Positions 16,571-27,782 are shown, numbered from the stretch's first letter. The stretch is DNA of 64,000 bases from Paludibacteraceae bacterium (GCA_017556705.1 JAFYMG010000004.1:12946-76945); one strand, 5' to 3'. Notes: generated from the letters alone by a model not told the origin. A program made the numbers and translations.

Positions 16571-18268
16571 TTAATATCTAAATGAACTACCGCCTACAAA
16601 TTCACGTAAGAATGAGGTAGGTGGAATTTCTTTTTCCGAGATGGATTCAAAGTAACTTAAATATTTTTTCAATCGGTGAGCCGTCGTATATTCATCGCAG
16701 TATTTAGGTACTTCATCCAAAATTGGTTCGGCATGGCGTTTTAATACTGCTAATTCGAACAACAATGCAGAGTTAAACATGACATCAGCTTCTTCTTGGA
16801 ATGGAGCTATCCAACGATCCTCACCACGTTGAACGCTACTTAGGCGCGCTATAGTTTCGCGAGCGGAATAGCCTCGATAGCGATAATCACGAACAATGCG
16901 GCGAATTAAACGTACATCGCTAGTCGGAATCCAATTGTGGTTGTCTAAATTAACAGTAGTAAGTGAACTAACATAAATCTTAAATGTCATTTCACGTGGA
17001 ATGTTAGGAATTAACTTGGGGTTGAGTGCATGTAATCCTTCCAAAATGACAACTGTATCATTTTCTAAATGCAGGGTATCGCCACGGTACTCACGCATAC
17101 CCGTTTCAAAGTTATAAAAAGGTAAAGATACTGTCTTACCTTCCAATAGATCAGATAATTGTTGACGGAAAAGGGCTAAATCAAGTGTTTGAAGATGTTC
17201 AAAATCCCATTCACCATTTTCATCACGAGGAGTGTCTTCACGATTGACAAAATAGTTGTCCATTGATATTACAACAGGACGTATTCCGTTAACCATCAGT
17301 TGAATGGTTAAACGTTTAGAGAATGTCGTTTTGCCAGAAGAACTTGGACCTGAAATCAGCACAAAACGTGGTACGCCTCCCTCATGATTGGCTATTTGGT
17401 CTGCAATTTGCGCAACTTTCTTTTCGTGCAATGCTTCTGAAAGTTTAATCATTTCAACACTTCGCTGATTTTTATGTGCCTTATTAAACTCTCCTACATT
17501 ACTGATATGCAGCAATTTATTCCAACCAACATATTCTTGAAATATTCCAAAACGCTTGTCTTGTTTGCAACGTTCTTCCAATTGATTTGGATCTTTACGG
17601 CAAGGAATACGCAGCAAGATATTGCCATGATACTCTTCTACGTCAAACAGATGAATGTACCCTGTTGAAGGCATCAACGCACCAGTGTAATAATCAATGT
17701 AATCTCCCATCCGATAGTAACGACAGTAAGGATTTCCTAGGGTCTCAAATAGAGTCGTTTCGCCATCATGACGATCTCCGAATAGACGAATAACTTCTTT
17801 AGTTTGTCTTTCTTCAGTGATTATTGGACGGTCTTCGGAAACAATCTGTTGCATGCGCTCCTTCAATTGTTTCACAACATCGTATGTGATTGTTTTGGCT
17901 ATTTCGCGAGATTCGCGAATGGTGCAGTAAAATCCTTTACTAATTGGGTGCTCAATACGTAAGTCGCAACTAGGCCATAACTCACGGACAGCACATGCCA
18001 TCAGCATGCTCAATGTACGAATATAACAACGTCTGCCACTATCGCTAGTCGCGTCAATGAATTCAATATCCTTAGGTTTGTATATCAAGAAGTTAAGGCT
18101 TTGTACTTTATAATTTACTCGTGCAGCAATCACTGGATGAGGCATTTCTAGTGCCAACATTTTATACAAATCTTTTAATGATGTTCCACAAGGAATATCA
18201 TGATATTGTTTTGTGTTTTTGCAATAGATTGTAATAAAATTCTGCATACTTCTTGAATTTTTAGACAC
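16571..18268 (-). CDS. Uridine/nucleoside kinase family protein with N-terminal TGS/ThrRS-like region
   Basis: P-loop ISGPSSSGKTTFSKRL in a Udk-like C-terminal half. GTG at 18268; an alternative ATG lies at 18247. Confidence 0.7.
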   Translation of the reverse strand: MSKNSRSMQNFITIYCKNTKQYHDIPCGTSLKDLYKMLALEMPHPVIAARVNYKVQSLNFLIYKPKDIEFIDATSDSGRRCYIRTLSMLMACAVRELWPSCDLRIEHPISKGFYCTIRESREIAKTITYDVVKQLKERMQQIVSEDRPIITEERQTKEVIRLFGDRHDGETTLFETLGNPYCRYYRMGDYIDYYTGALMPSTGYIHLFDVEEYHGNILLRIPCRKDPNQLEERCKQDKRFGIFQEYVGWNKLLHISNVGEFNKAHKNQRSVEMIKLSEALHEKKVAQIADQIANHEGGVPRFVLISGPSSSGKTTFSKRLTIQLMVNGIRPVVISMDNYFVNREDTPRDENGEWDFEHLQTLDLALFRQQLSDLLEGKTVSLPFYNFETGMREYRGDTLHLENDTVVILEGLHALNPKLIPNIPREMTFKIYVSSLTTVNLDNHNWIPTSDVRLIRRIVRDYRYRGYSARETIARLSSVQRGEDRWIAPFQEEADVMFNSALLFELAVLKRHAEPILDEVPKYCDEYTTAHRLKKYLSYFESISEKEIPPTSFLREFVGGSSFRY

Positions 18269-18278
18269 ACCTTGTTTG

Positions 18279-20354
18279 TTATCCGACTTGACTGCCGTTC
18301 TTTACTTGAGCGGTAACGGTGGTAACTACCAATTTACCATCTGCATCTACTGCAGAAAGAATCATACCTTGTGACTCAATGCCCATCATCTTACGAGGTG
18401 GGAAATTGGCAATGAACAATACTTGTTTGCCAATTAACACAGATGGATCAGGATAACTTTGTGCAATGCCAGAAAGAATTGTGCGACCACCCATGCCATC
18501 ATCCAAACGGAATTGTAATAGGCGATCTGATTTCTTAACGGGTTGACAATCAATCACTGTCGCTACACGAATATCCATCTTAACAAATTCATCAATATTA
18601 GTGTTTTCTTTAATTTCTACAGGTTTCCAGTTTTTAAGAGCTTCCTGTTTCTCAGCCTCTTCGTTGGCTGCTTTGATGTTAGCTAGGCGGTCAAGTTGGG
18701 CTTGAATTGTAGCATCCTCTATCTTTTCAAAAAGAAGCGATACCTCACCCAATTCTTGTCCCTCTTGGAGAAGATTGATATTACCGAGTTCTTCCCATTT
18801 GAGTTCAGACATTGAGAGCATTTTGCGGAGTTTTGCCGAAGAGAATGGCAAGAAGGGTTCGAATGCAACACTCAGATTAGCCGCAATTTGCAATGCGAGA
18901 TGGAGAATAGTTGCAGTACGATCCATATCGGTCTTTGCTATTTTCCAAGGCTCGGTATCTGCGAGGTATTTATTTCCAATACGTGCTAAGTTCATTGCTT
19001 CTTTTTGTGCATCACGGAAGCGGAAATCGTTTAGTAGTTTCTCAACTTCTGCTTTCACATTTTGGAACTCAGCAATAGTTGCTTGATCATATTCGTTGAA
19101 AGTACCCACCGCAGGAACTTTACCATCAAAATATTTCTTAGTAAGTACCAACGCACGATTAACGAAGTTACCATAAATAGCCACAAGCTCGTTATTATTA
19201 CGTGCTTGGAAGTCCGCCCATGTAAAGTCATTGTCCTTGGTTTCTGGTGCGTTAGCGGTTAGTACATAGCGCAGAACATCTTGTTTATCAGGAAAATCTA
19301 CGAGGTATTCATTCAGCCAAACAGCCCAGTTGCGGGAGGTAGAAATCTTATCACCTTCTAAGTTCAGGAATTCGTTAGATGGTACATTATCTGGCACAAT
19401 ATAACTACCCTCTGCTTTGAGCATAGTTGGGAAGACAATGCAGTGGAATACGATATTATCTTTTCCAATAAAGTGAATCAAACGAGTAGATGGATCTTTC
19501 CACCAAGTTTCCCAGTTGCCAAAATGCTCTGGTTTTGCGTCGCAAAGTTCCTTTGTATTAGATATATAGCCAATTGGTGCATCGAACCAAACGTAAAGTA
19601 CTTTGCCTTCTGCACCCTCTACTGGCACTGGGATTCCCCAATCCAAGTCACGGGTTACTGCGCGAGGACGCAAACCGCCATCTAACCAAGATTTGCATTG
19701 GCCATACACGTTTGGACGCCATTCTTTGTGTTCCTGCAAAATCCATTCCTCAAGCCATTGTTGGTATTGATCAAGAGGTAGGTACCAGTGTTTGGTCTCT
19801 TTTTTGGTCAATGGATTGCCATTGATAGCATTGTATGGATTAATCAATTCATCTGGCGAAAGGGTTGCACCACACTTCTCACATTGATCGCCATACGCCC
19901 CTGCGGCATGGCAACGTGGGCACTCACCACGGATATTGCGATCGGTCAAAAATTCCTGAGTCTCAGGATCATAGAATTGTTCAGAAGTCTGTTCTACAAA
20001 CTTACCCTCATCATATAATTTACGAAAAAAATCCGATGCCAATTGATGATGAATCTTGCTTGTAGTACGAGAATATACATCAAACGAGATACCAAAACCT
20101 TCAAAAGAATTTTTAATAATGTTGTGATAGCGATCCACTACCTCTTGAGTGGTAATACCCTCTTTGCGAGCGCGGATGGTAACAGGTACACCATGTTCAT
20201 CGCTTCCTCCTACAAAGAGTACATTTTCGCCCTTAAGACGCAGGTAGCGAACGTAGATGTCTGCGGGGACATACACGCCAGCCAAGTGTCCAATATGTAC
20301 GGGACCATTGGCATAAGGAAGGGCTGTCGTTACAAGTGTTCGTTGAAATGTCAT
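18279..20354 (-). CDS. metG: Methionine--tRNA ligase
   Basis: HIGH-type [12 protein letters not shown], zinc knuckles CPRC/CEKC, KMSKS-type KISTSR and a C-terminal tRNA-binding domain. Confidence 0.97.
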   Translation of the reverse strand: MTFQRTLVTTALPYANGPVHIGHLAGVYVPADIYVRYLRLKGENVLFVGGSDEHGVPVTIRARKEGITTQEVVDRYHNIIKNSFEGFGISFDVYSRTTSKIHHQLASDFFRKLYDEGKFVEQTSEQFYDPETQEFLTDRNIRGECPRCHAAGAYGDQCEKCGATLSPDELINPYNAINGNPLTKKETKHWYLPLDQYQQWLEEWILQEHKEWRPNVYGQCKSWLDGGLRPRAVTRDLDWGIPVPVEGAEGKVLYVWFDAPIGYISNTKELCDAKPEHFGNWETWWKDPSTRLIHFIGKDNIVFHCIVFPTMLKAEGSYIVPDNVPSNEFLNLEGDKISTSRNWAVWLNEYLVDFPDKQDVLRYVLTANAPETKDNDFTWADFQARNNNELVAIYGNFVNRALVLTKKYFDGKVPAVGTFNEYDQATIAEFQNVKAEVEKLLNDFRFRDAQKEAMNLARIGNKYLADTEPWKIAKTDMDRTATILHLALQIAANLSVAFEPFLPFSSAKLRKMLSMSELKWEELGNINLLQEGQELGEVSLLFEKIEDATIQAQLDRLANIKAANEEAEKQEALKNWKPVEIKENTNIDEFVKMDIRVATVIDCQPVKKSDRLLQFRLDDGMGGRTILSGIAQSYPDPSVLIGKQVLFIANFPPRKMMGIESQGMILSAVDADGKLVVTTVTAQVKNGSQVG

Positions 20355-20360
20355 ATAGTT

Positions 20361-21155
20361 CTATTTTTTGTTGTTTCTTTTTTTATTTTCATCTATAATA
20401 TTGAAGGCTATTGCAAGTTGTTTCTCTAGTTCCTCTTTCGTAACTCGTTGGATAGTATCTTCTTTGGCAACAGAAATATTACCAGTCTCTTCTGATACAA
20501 CAATCGCAAGCGCATCTGTTTTTTCGGTTATTCCGAGGGCAGCGCGATGACGGAGACCATAGCGCTTAGGTAAATCAGTGCGTTTAGAAACGGGTAAAAT
20601 ACAACCTGCAGACCACACGCGTCCGTTACGAATAAGGAGTGCACCATCATGAAGTGGCGTGTTCTTGAAAAAGATATTTTCAATGAGTCGCATGGAAAGA
20701 GTCGCATCAATTATTTCTCCAGTGTCAGCATATACTTTGAGTTCTTGTTGGTTGGTTATGACAATTAATGCGCCAGTTTTGTTCGCCGACATATGTTCGC
20801 ACGCTTTCAAAATGGCATTTACTTGATTTTGAGCATTTTGTTGATGTCTAATCTTGGACCAACGATCTTTGAAATGCTCTACGTTGAACCGAGCGCCAAT
20901 TCGATAGAAAAAGCCACGGATCTCCTCTTGAAAAATAACAATCAATGCGATTGCACCCACACTAACGAAACGATCAAATAATGCGCTAGTTAATTCTAGT
21001 TGGAATACGTAACTCACTAATAACCAGGTGATAATGAATGCTAATATACCCCAGAACAGATTACTAGCTCCCGAGCGACGCAGGATGCGATAAATTGTAA
21101 ATAAAATAAACGCAACCAGCAGAATATCAATAATATCTTTTATTTCGAGTAACAT
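20361..21155 (-). CDS. cdaA: Diadenylate cyclase CdaA (c-di-AMP synthase)
   Basis: Three N-terminal TM helices and a DAC domain with TGALIVI, PLHDGALLI and RHRAALGITE..DALAIVVSEETG. Confidence 0.92.
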   Translation of the reverse strand: MLLEIKDIIDILLVAFILFTIYRILRRSGASNLFWGILAFIITWLLVSYVFQLELTSALFDRFVSVGAIALIVIFQEEIRGFFYRIGARFNVEHFKDRWSKIRHQQNAQNQVNAILKACEHMSANKTGALIVITNQQELKVYADTGEIIDATLSMRLIENIFFKNTPLHDGALLIRNGRVWSAGCILPVSKRTDLPKRYGLRHRAALGITEKTDALAIVVSEETGNISVAKEDTIQRVTKEELEKQLAIAFNIIDENKKRNNKK

Positions 21156-21160
21156 ATGAC

Positions 21161-21988
21161 TTAGTTTTCTTTATGCGTTAGTAAATGAATCGCAATAGCT
21201 TGTTTTGCAGCTGTCACATCATGCACACGCAGAATACATGCTCCGTGTTCTAATGCAATCGTATTAGCTGCCGTTGTAGCGGGCAACACATCCGATGGAT
21301 TCTCTCCTAATGGTTTGTATAACATCGACTTACGTGATATTCCAACCAATATTGGTGCTTGTAAGACGGACAACACTTTCATGTCGCGAAGAATAGCATA
21401 ATTTTGTTGTTCCGTTTTTGCAAATCCAAATCCGGGATCAATGATTACGTCTGCAACGCCCATTCGATGTAGTTTATCCAATTTTTCTTGAAAGAAGTCC
21501 ACGATATTACTCATTGTGTATTCATAACATGTTGAATATGTGGTCATTTCTCGTGCAAATGTCAAAATATAAGGTACGCGATATTTCGCGATTACTCCCC
21601 ACATTTTGCTATCTGCATCCCCTCCATACACATCATTAATCATATCCACTCCGGCTTGTATTGCTTTCTCTGCTATTTCTGCACGAAAAGTATCTACCGA
21701 TAGAATAGCATTGGGAAAATGGGTGCGAATTATTTTCAGTGCGGGGGCTAGACGATTCCACTCTTCTTCCGCTTCTACGGGTGTTGAGCCTGGGCGAGTG
21801 GAACATGCACCCATATCAATTATGTCTGCCCCTTGATCAAGAAAGCTCTGCACCTGTTCTAGCAACTCATCCTCATCTTTATTTCCCCATGAAGTATAAA
21901 AACTATCAGGGGTAATATTCACAATGGCCATCACGAGGGGTGATGACAAATCTATCAATTGATTGTGTATGTTCAAACTCAATTGCAT
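21161..21988 (-). CDS. folP: Dihydropteroate synthase
   Basis: MAIVNITPDSF, DIIDMGACSTRPG, INDV and DPGFGFAKT motifs. Confidence 0.95.
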   Translation of the reverse strand: MQLSLNIHNQLIDLSSPLVMAIVNITPDSFYTSWGNKDEDELLEQVQSFLDQGADIIDMGACSTRPGSTPVEAEEEWNRLAPALKIIRTHFPNAILSVDTFRAEIAEKAIQAGVDMINDVYGGDADSKMWGVIAKYRVPYILTFAREMTTYSTCYEYTMSNIVDFFQEKLDKLHRMGVADVIIDPGFGFAKTEQQNYAILRDMKVLSVLQAPILVGISRKSMLYKPLGENPSDVLPATTAANTIALEHGACILRVHDVTAAKQAIAIHLLTHKEN

Positions 21989-21996
21989 TTGACCTG

Positions 21997-22004
21997 CAAA
22001 AGTA
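21997..22004 (-). promoter_or_regulatory. -7 promoter box TACTTTTG (folP-cdaA-metG operon)
   Basis: The TAnnTTTG box ends 8 nt before ATG 21988, implying a very short or absent 5' UTR. Confidence 0.55.
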
Positions 22005-22342
22005 CTATTTTTTTTTCATATATACAATATTTTGAGTTATTTTTTTGTAATATTCTATTTCTTTGGCCATCTTTGTGCTTCTCCTTTAAAAACTTAATTG
22101 TACTTTTGATTATCAGTTTATAATTAGTTGTTAGTTATACTTGGTGATTAATTAGTTATTCGTTGTGTTCTATTTTAGTAAGGTTTTACGAGGAGAAAAG
22201 TGTGCCTCTTGAAATAAATCCAAATACTTGATAATGCAATATTTTTACGAATAGAACTACTAAAAAGATGTCATTTTTTATGAAAAAAATATTTTTTCAG
22301 TGCTTTTTTAATAAAAAATTAGTATATTTCGTTTTTTTTTTG

Positions 22343-22350
22343 TAACTTTG
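22343..22350 (+). promoter_or_regulatory. -7 promoter box TAACTTTG (GldJ-like gene)
   Basis: TAnnTTTG match 38 nt before ATG 22388. Confidence 0.5.
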
Positions 22351-22387
22351 CAGGCTGAAAGTGAATTTAATAAATAAACTTATAATT

Positions 22388-23986
22388 ATGAACATTAAAA
22401 CAAACGTATTGAAAGTATTAGTAGCCATCTTTGTAATCTTGGCTTTCGTTGCTTGCAAATCGTCACGCAATTCTGACCTTAACACCAATACATCTTTCCA
22501 AACAGGTTGGAAGTCTTCTGATGAATCAACTATTGATTTTCAGGCATATGAGGGTATTCTTTCCGATGCCCCTGTTGGTATGTTGCCTATTGAGGGGGGA
22601 GTGTTTACAATTGGCCAAGTAGATGAATTCATTACGGCTCCTCGCAACAACGAGCGCAGAACGCTGACTGTGAGTTCATTCTTTATGGATAAATATGAGG
22701 TGTCAAATATCGCTTGGAGAGAGTATATTGGCTGGAATGAAGCTGTTTTTGGCCATACTAAGCCAGAACTGCTCAAGAGCCTTTTGCCAGATACAACTGT
22801 TTGGCGTGATGAGATGGCGTACAACGAACCTTTTGTAGAATACTATTTCCGCCATCCTGCATATAGTTTCTATCCTGTTGTAGGTGTTTCTTGGGAGCAA
22901 GCTATGGCTTACAGCCAGTGGCGTACAGATCGTGTGAACGAACAGATTCTCGTTTTGAAGAAATTTATAGAGAAACCAAATTACAAGCTACTCCGAGCAA
23001 ATGCATATTTTACGAAAGAGGAAATTGAAAAATACGTAGATCCTTCTAAGTACACCTTGATACCAGTGGAGAGACCTGCCGCTAGTGGTGGTAGTGCGGA
23101 AATGTATCAAGTACCATATGAGTGGATTAAGGATCAATTCGTATTTAATACGGAGAAGTATCTTAAATCAACTGCTTATAATCCTTCTACAGGTGCAGCT
23201 GAGCGCAAGAGATTTGATCAAGGCCGTAAATTGAATGTTGCCGATGGTATTTTATTGGTCGGATATCGTCTTCCTACTGAGGCAGAATGGGAATATGCTG
23301 CGTTTGCTCCTAAGGCTGGCTCTGATGGATTATCTAAAGAAGGAAAAATATACCCATGGTCTGGATATCATCCTCGTGATATCAGTAGCAGAAATAAAGG
23401 CAAAATGCTTGCCAACTTTGTACGTGGCAGAGGTGACATGATGGGAGTTGCTGGTAACCATAACGACGGCTATGTGTTGACTGCTCCTGTAGATGCGTAT
23501 GAACCTAACGATTTTGGTTTGTACAATATGGCGGGTAACGTAAATGAGTGGGTATTAGATGTTTATCGTGAAACTACATTTGAAGAAATGACCGAATACA
23601 ACGCATTCCGTGGCAATGTCTATTCTTCTATTAAAAAGGATGACGATGGTAATCCTATTTTGAATGATTATGGTCAATTAGATATTGAATGGAAGAAAGA
23701 GGATGATAAACGTAACTACCGTGATGGTGATGCTGGCTCTTTGTTTGATACAGACTATCCTTTGAGTACTGTTGGGTTCACTCCAGAGCAAATGGAAAAG
23801 GTAAAATATGACCCATCAGACGTGTTGGCTCCTCGTATCAATGATAGTACCCGAGTTTACAAAGGTGGCTCATGGAATGACCGTATCTATTGGCTCAATC
23901 CTACTACCCGTCGTTATATGCAACAAAATCAATCCTCTAGCACAATAGGTTTCCGTTGTGCAATGAGTATCTTAGGTAAAGAATAA
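22388..23986 (+). CDS. FGE/SUMF1-domain lipoprotein, GldJ/PorK family (T9SS/gliding associated)
   Basis: Lipoprotein signal VILAFVAC|KSS and FGE-sulfatase-like blocks (GGVFTIG, YEVSN..W.EY, RLPTEAEWEYAA, NMAGNVNEWV, GGSW, GFRCA). At about 530 aa the size fits GldJ better than PorK. The ORF track starts at GTG 22361. Confidence 0.7.
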   Translation: MNIKTNVLKVLVAIFVILAFVACKSSRNSDLNTNTSFQTGWKSSDESTIDFQAYEGILSDAPVGMLPIEGGVFTIGQVDEFITAPRNNERRTLTVSSFFMDKYEVSNIAWREYIGWNEAVFGHTKPELLKSLLPDTTVWRDEMAYNEPFVEYYFRHPAYSFYPVVGVSWEQAMAYSQWRTDRVNEQILVLKKFIEKPNYKLLRANAYFTKEEIEKYVDPSKYTLIPVERPAASGGSAEMYQVPYEWIKDQFVFNTEKYLKSTAYNPSTGAAERKRFDQGRKLNVADGILLVGYRLPTEAEWEYAAFAPKAGSDGLSKEGKIYPWSGYHPRDISSRNKGKMLANFVRGRGDMMGVAGNHNDGYVLTAPVDAYEPNDFGLYNMAGNVNEWVLDVYRETTFEEMTEYNAFRGNVYSSIKKDDDGNPILNDYGQLDIEWKKEDDKRNYRDGDAGSLFDTDYPLSTVGFTPEQMEKVKYDPSDVLAPRINDSTRVYKGGSWNDRIYWLNPTTRRYMQQNQSSSTIGFRCAMSILGKE

Positions 23987-24003
23987 AATAAAATAATAAT
24001 AGT

Positions 24004-24381
24004 ATGAATATTCCATCTAATCTGTACTACACAAAGGAGCATGAGTGGATCCGTGTAGAAGGTAACGAGGCATTTGTCGGTATTACCGACTATGCACAGT
24101 CTGAACTTGGTGAGATCGTCTTTGTGGACATCAATACTGAAGGCGAAACATTAGGCCAAGGTGAGGTTTTTGGTTCTGTAGAGGCAGTGAAAACCGTTAG
24201 TGATCTCAATATGCCTGTTGAAGGTGAAGTGCTTGAGATTAATGAAACTATCAATGACCAGCCTGAATTGGTAAACAATGATCCTTACGGAGAAGGATGG
24301 ATGATTAAAATCTCTGTAGTTAATCCGGATGACTTGAATAATCTTTTGGACGCTGAGGGATATCAAGCTTTGATAGGTTAA
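24004..24381 (+). CDS. gcvH: Glycine cleavage system protein H
   Basis: YTKEHEWI and the lipoyl-lysine motif VEAVKTVSDL. Confidence 0.95.
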   Translation: MNIPSNLYYTKEHEWIRVEGNEAFVGITDYAQSELGEIVFVDINTEGETLGQGEVFGSVEAVKTVSDLNMPVEGEVLEINETINDQPELVNNDPYGEGWMIKISVVNPDDLNNLLDAEGYQALIG

Positions 24382-24401
24382 TCCAATCAATATCAGTATT
24401 A

Positions 24402-24443
24402 AACTAACAAACGACTACTCAAATGGGTAGTCGTTTGTTAGTT
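24402..24443 (+). terminator. Hairpin terminator after gcvH
   Basis: 17-bp stem aactaacaaacgactac/gtagtcgtttgttagtt with a 7-8 nt loop. Confidence 0.75.
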
Positions 24444-24496
24444 TTGGTTGTAATGTTTGAATATATGTCTTAATTACATTGTTCTTGATATTTCTC

Positions 24497-25957
24497 TTAA
24501 TGAGTACGATTGAAACTACAATATACCATCTCTATATCCATGGGGTTAATAGAGTTGTTTGCAGAGCGAATGCGTGTAGCTGATATCGTTTGTAATTGTC
24601 TAATGGATGTGATAGAACCTGTTGATGAGTTGGTCGTAACAGAAATAGGAATTAATACAAATTTCAATTCATCTACTTTGTTCTTTTCGTGCAGTTGCAA
24701 TGTTAAGAAGGTTGACAAATCATATGTGTAATTGTATGTTGTATTTCCTAGTGTATCCGTTGATGCAGATAAAGTACCAACTATGGCAACCGAATCCGAT
24801 GGCATAGTGTTTTGGGAGAAGAAATCTTCTAAACTGCTTTCTTTAATCAGCATCATGTAAGTTGCAGGTGAATCCCAATTATCTCTTGGGCGATCTGTCA
24901 CTGAATCTGAATACAATACATCTACGGTTAAATTCGCTTTATTCACATATACACTATACAATGTGGAATCATTGCCCAGTTGTTCATCTATGCGATTAAA
25001 AATAGAATCCATACGTACGGATAATTGTGTATAGATATTCGCTGGCGAAACAATATAATTGGTGTCTGTTACCTGAGAATATTTTTCTAAAATCTCTGGT
25101 CTGTTAGGATATACATAGCGATTGACTTGTCGTACTTCTTCATTTACATAGAATGACTTGGTATCATAGATGACAGAGTCGGTGGCACTCGGACGTGGCA
25201 TTGTAAAATGGTAGAAAACTGTCATGGCGATATCACTAATATACAATACATTACTACCTCCAAAGTCAGTACAGATATATAATCCCTTAAATTGTTGATT
25301 AAATGCTTGTTGTGTTGAAAAATCTTTTACTTCAAAAAAGCGTTTAGCAAACTTATTTGATAATTTTATACGAATTGTTGGGATGTATTGTTCTGTTTCA
25401 GAAGAATAGGAAGAGTCTGCAGGTGTCTGTGGTACTACAATTGTTGAATAGTTTGTAATACGTGTAGACTCATCCAAACTGCAATAATCCCCAATTTGCA
25501 AATTACTTGGATAGCGTTCGTTTTCTAATAATGTCTGGCGGTCCATTTCATATACATTGATACCGAGTGGACTGCTTCCGTCTCCGTACCATGTATTATA
25601 GTATAAGTACAAGCATACAGAATCCACAATGGGATCTATCTGAAGAGTATCACCAGGGGCTAAGGCAACTTGGTCTGGATATGTAAACCCTTCAGGACAA
25701 GCTAGTTGTGTTAAAATATCTGCTTTGATTGTACCAAAATGAGTCTCACATTCTCCTAGGAGAAAAGAGTCTGGTGTTAACGCGATAGCCATACAGGAAT
25801 CCAATGCAGATACAACACCAAAAGTATCAGACTTCACTTTTATTCTATCTTCCTCAGATAATATTGATTCGCCTGCGCTATGTGTATCGCCATTGCAACT
25901 ACTAAAGAGAGAAAGGCATGTCAATACCACTATTCCTACAACCCAATTATTCCTCAT
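24497..25957 (-). CDS. DUF4270 family lipoprotein
   Basis: Lipobox LFSSC. The size and the position downstream of the short glycogen synthase gene match the conserved Bacteroidetes arrangement as I recall it. Confidence 0.6.
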   Translation of the reverse strand: MRNNWVVGIVVLTCLSLFSSCNGDTHSAGESILSEEDRIKVKSDTFGVVSALDSCMAIALTPDSFLLGECETHFGTIKADILTQLACPEGFTYPDQVALAPGDTLQIDPIVDSVCLYLYYNTWYGDGSSPLGINVYEMDRQTLLENERYPSNLQIGDYCSLDESTRITNYSTIVVPQTPADSSYSSETEQYIPTIRIKLSNKFAKRFFEVKDFSTQQAFNQQFKGLYICTDFGGSNVLYISDIAMTVFYHFTMPRPSATDSVIYDTKSFYVNEEVRQVNRYVYPNRPEILEKYSQVTDTNYIVSPANIYTQLSVRMDSIFNRIDEQLGNDSTLYSVYVNKANLTVDVLYSDSVTDRPRDNWDSPATYMMLIKESSLEDFFSQNTMPSDSVAIVGTLSASTDTLGNTTYNYTYDLSTFLTLQLHEKNKVDELKFVLIPISVTTNSSTGSITSIRQLQTISATRIRSANNSINPMDIEMVYCSFNRTH

Positions 25958-26771
25958 TCTTATCCAATAAACTATTATAGAAATCTAAATATGCTTGTTT
26001 GTCTTCACCTACATAAGGCATGATAGGTTTTCCGCTATTTTGAGCATAGTTTAACAATCGTTGATTTACATTTTCTGATGCTAAAACAATAGCATCGGAA
26101 TAATCAATGGCTAGTCGCATCAAGTCCTCGTAACCTACTGGTAAACCTGCAATACCACGAATGTCGCTATTCAAAATGCCTCCGCCCAAAATCTTATTTG
26201 TGAATTTTGAACTGAATGGAGTGTTGTACTCCTCATTGTCCAACGATAGAATAATTTTGGTATTCTCGAAGAATGGTGTGTCGGCATACAATTTCTTCAA
26301 GAATAATGGAGTTAGTGCAGACATCCAGCCTGAGCAATGAACAAAGTTCGGTGTCCAACGAAGTTTTTTGACTGTCTCCAATACACCACGAGCAAAGAAG
26401 ATACAGCGCTCGTCATTGTCTTTATACTCTTCTCCATTGGCATCTACTAACCCTTTGCGACGATAGAAGTAATCATCATTATCAATAAAATAGATTTGAA
26501 TACGAGCCGATTGTATGCTGGCCACCTTAATGATTAGCGGATGGTCAGTTTCTGAAATAATAAGATTTATTCCAGACAAACGAATTACTTCGTGCAACTG
26601 ATTTCTACGCTCATTAATGTCGCCAAACTTAGGCATAAACGTGCGTGTCTCATAGCCATTAGCTTGGAACCACTCTGGCAACTTCCTATTCAGCGTGCGA
26701 ATAGGGGTTTCTTGATCTAAAAAAGGATAGATCTGCTGTGAGACAAATAGTATTCGATTGGGCTCTTTCAT
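25947..26771 (-). CDS. Glycogen/starch synthase-like protein (short GT5 N-domain type)
   Basis: ILFVSQQIYPF...E.P start typical of GT5. Start set at ATG 26771 (MKEPNRI), downstream of the -7 box at 26807-26814. Confidence 0.75.
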   Translation of the reverse strand: MKEPNRILFVSQQIYPFLDQETPIRTLNRKLPEWFQANGYETRTFMPKFGDINERRNQLHEVIRLSGINLIISETDHPLIIKVASIQSARIQIYFIDNDDYFYRRKGLVDANGEEYKDNDERCIFFARGVLETVKKLRWTPNFVHCSGWMSALTPLFLKKLYADTPFFENTKIILSLDNEEYNTPFSSKFTNKILGGGILNSDIRGIAGLPVGYEDLMRLAIDYSDAIVLASENVNQRLLNYAQNSGKPIMPYVGEDKQAYLDFYNSLLDKNEE

Positions 26772-26806
26772 TGGATATATTTTTATTAAGGTAAAATTTC
26801 CCGCTA

Positions 26807-26814
26807 CAAAGGTA
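26807..26814 (-). promoter_or_regulatory. -7 promoter box TACCTTTG (glycogen synthase-like gene)
   Basis: TAnnTTTG match 36 nt upstream of ATG 26771. Confidence 0.55.
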
Positions 26815-26877
26815 CGAAAAAAAAATGACATTACATAATTTTTAAGCAAAAAATTTTCTTTTTTCCTATATTTGTTG

Positions 26878-26885
26878 TACCTTTG
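26878..26885 (+). promoter_or_regulatory. -7 promoter box TACCTTTG (panC)
   Basis: TAnnTTTG match 43 nt upstream of ATG 26928. Divergent from the box at 26807. Confidence 0.55.
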
Positions 26886-26927
26886 CAAACTTTTTTAACG
26901 AAGAATGTTCATTTTTTATCAATACAT

Positions 26928-27782
26928 ATGCAAGTTTTAACTACAAAAGAAAATCTTGTTCGCCAGGTTGAAGCCTGCCTTCGTCAGAACAAAACAATAG
27001 GTCTCGTTCCTACTATGGGTGCGCTTCACGAAGGACACGCTGCTTTAGTGCGTCGCTCGGTTTCAGAGAATGATGTTTGTGTAGTAAGCGTGTTTGTGAA
27101 TCCTACGCAATTTAACAATAAAGAAGATTTGCAGAAATATCCTCGCACATTAGAAAAAGATGTAGAGTTATTAACGCAACTAGGGGCGCACTTTGTCTTC
27201 GCTCCTTCTGCTGAAGAGATGTACTCTGCTGAAGAGATGAATACGGAGTTTGCTTTCGATTTCAACGGATTAGACAAAGTCATGGAGGGGAAAATGCGAC
27301 CAGGGCACTTTAATGGTGTGGTGCAAGTGGTAAGTCGATTGTTCGAATTGGTGCGTCCTACTCGTGCATATTTTGGCGAGAAAGATTTCCAACAACTAGC
27401 GATTATTCACCATATGGTGGAACGTTCTTCCATGAAGGATAACTTTGGTGATCTCCAGATTATGGATTGTCCTATTGTGCGTGAAGCAAGCGGATTGGCG
27501 CTTAGTAGTCGTAATCAACGCCTTTCTGAAGAAGAAAAGACCATTGCTCTCAATATATCCAAAACTCTGTTTGCTTCGCTGGAATGGGCGAAAACGGCCA
27601 CTGTTGCAGAGGTGGAAAAGCGTGTGATTGATACAATCAATGCTGTAGATGGTTTGGAAGTGGAGTACTATGAGATTGTAGATCGTACTACCCTTCAGCC
27701 TACTACTACCTTCCAAAATGCTATTGGTTGCATCACTGTTTATTGTGGTCCTGTTCGCCTAATAGATAATATCCAATATTGA
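26928..27782 (+). CDS. panC: Pantoate--beta-alanine ligase
   Basis: VPTMGALHEGH, VSVFVNPTQF and GEKDFQQ motifs. ATG at 26928 is chosen over the TTG at 26883, which overlaps the promoter box. Confidence 0.93.
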   Translation: MQVLTTKENLVRQVEACLRQNKTIGLVPTMGALHEGHAALVRRSVSENDVCVVSVFVNPTQFNNKEDLQKYPRTLEKDVELLTQLGAHFVFAPSAEEMYSAEEMNTEFAFDFNGLDKVMEGKMRPGHFNGVVQVVSRLFELVRPTRAYFGEKDFQQLAIIHHMVERSSMKDNFGDLQIMDCPIVREASGLALSSRNQRLSEEEKTIALNISKTLFASLEWAKTATVAEVEKRVIDTINAVDGLEVEYYEIVDRTTLQPTTTFQNAIGCITVYCGPVRLIDNIQY

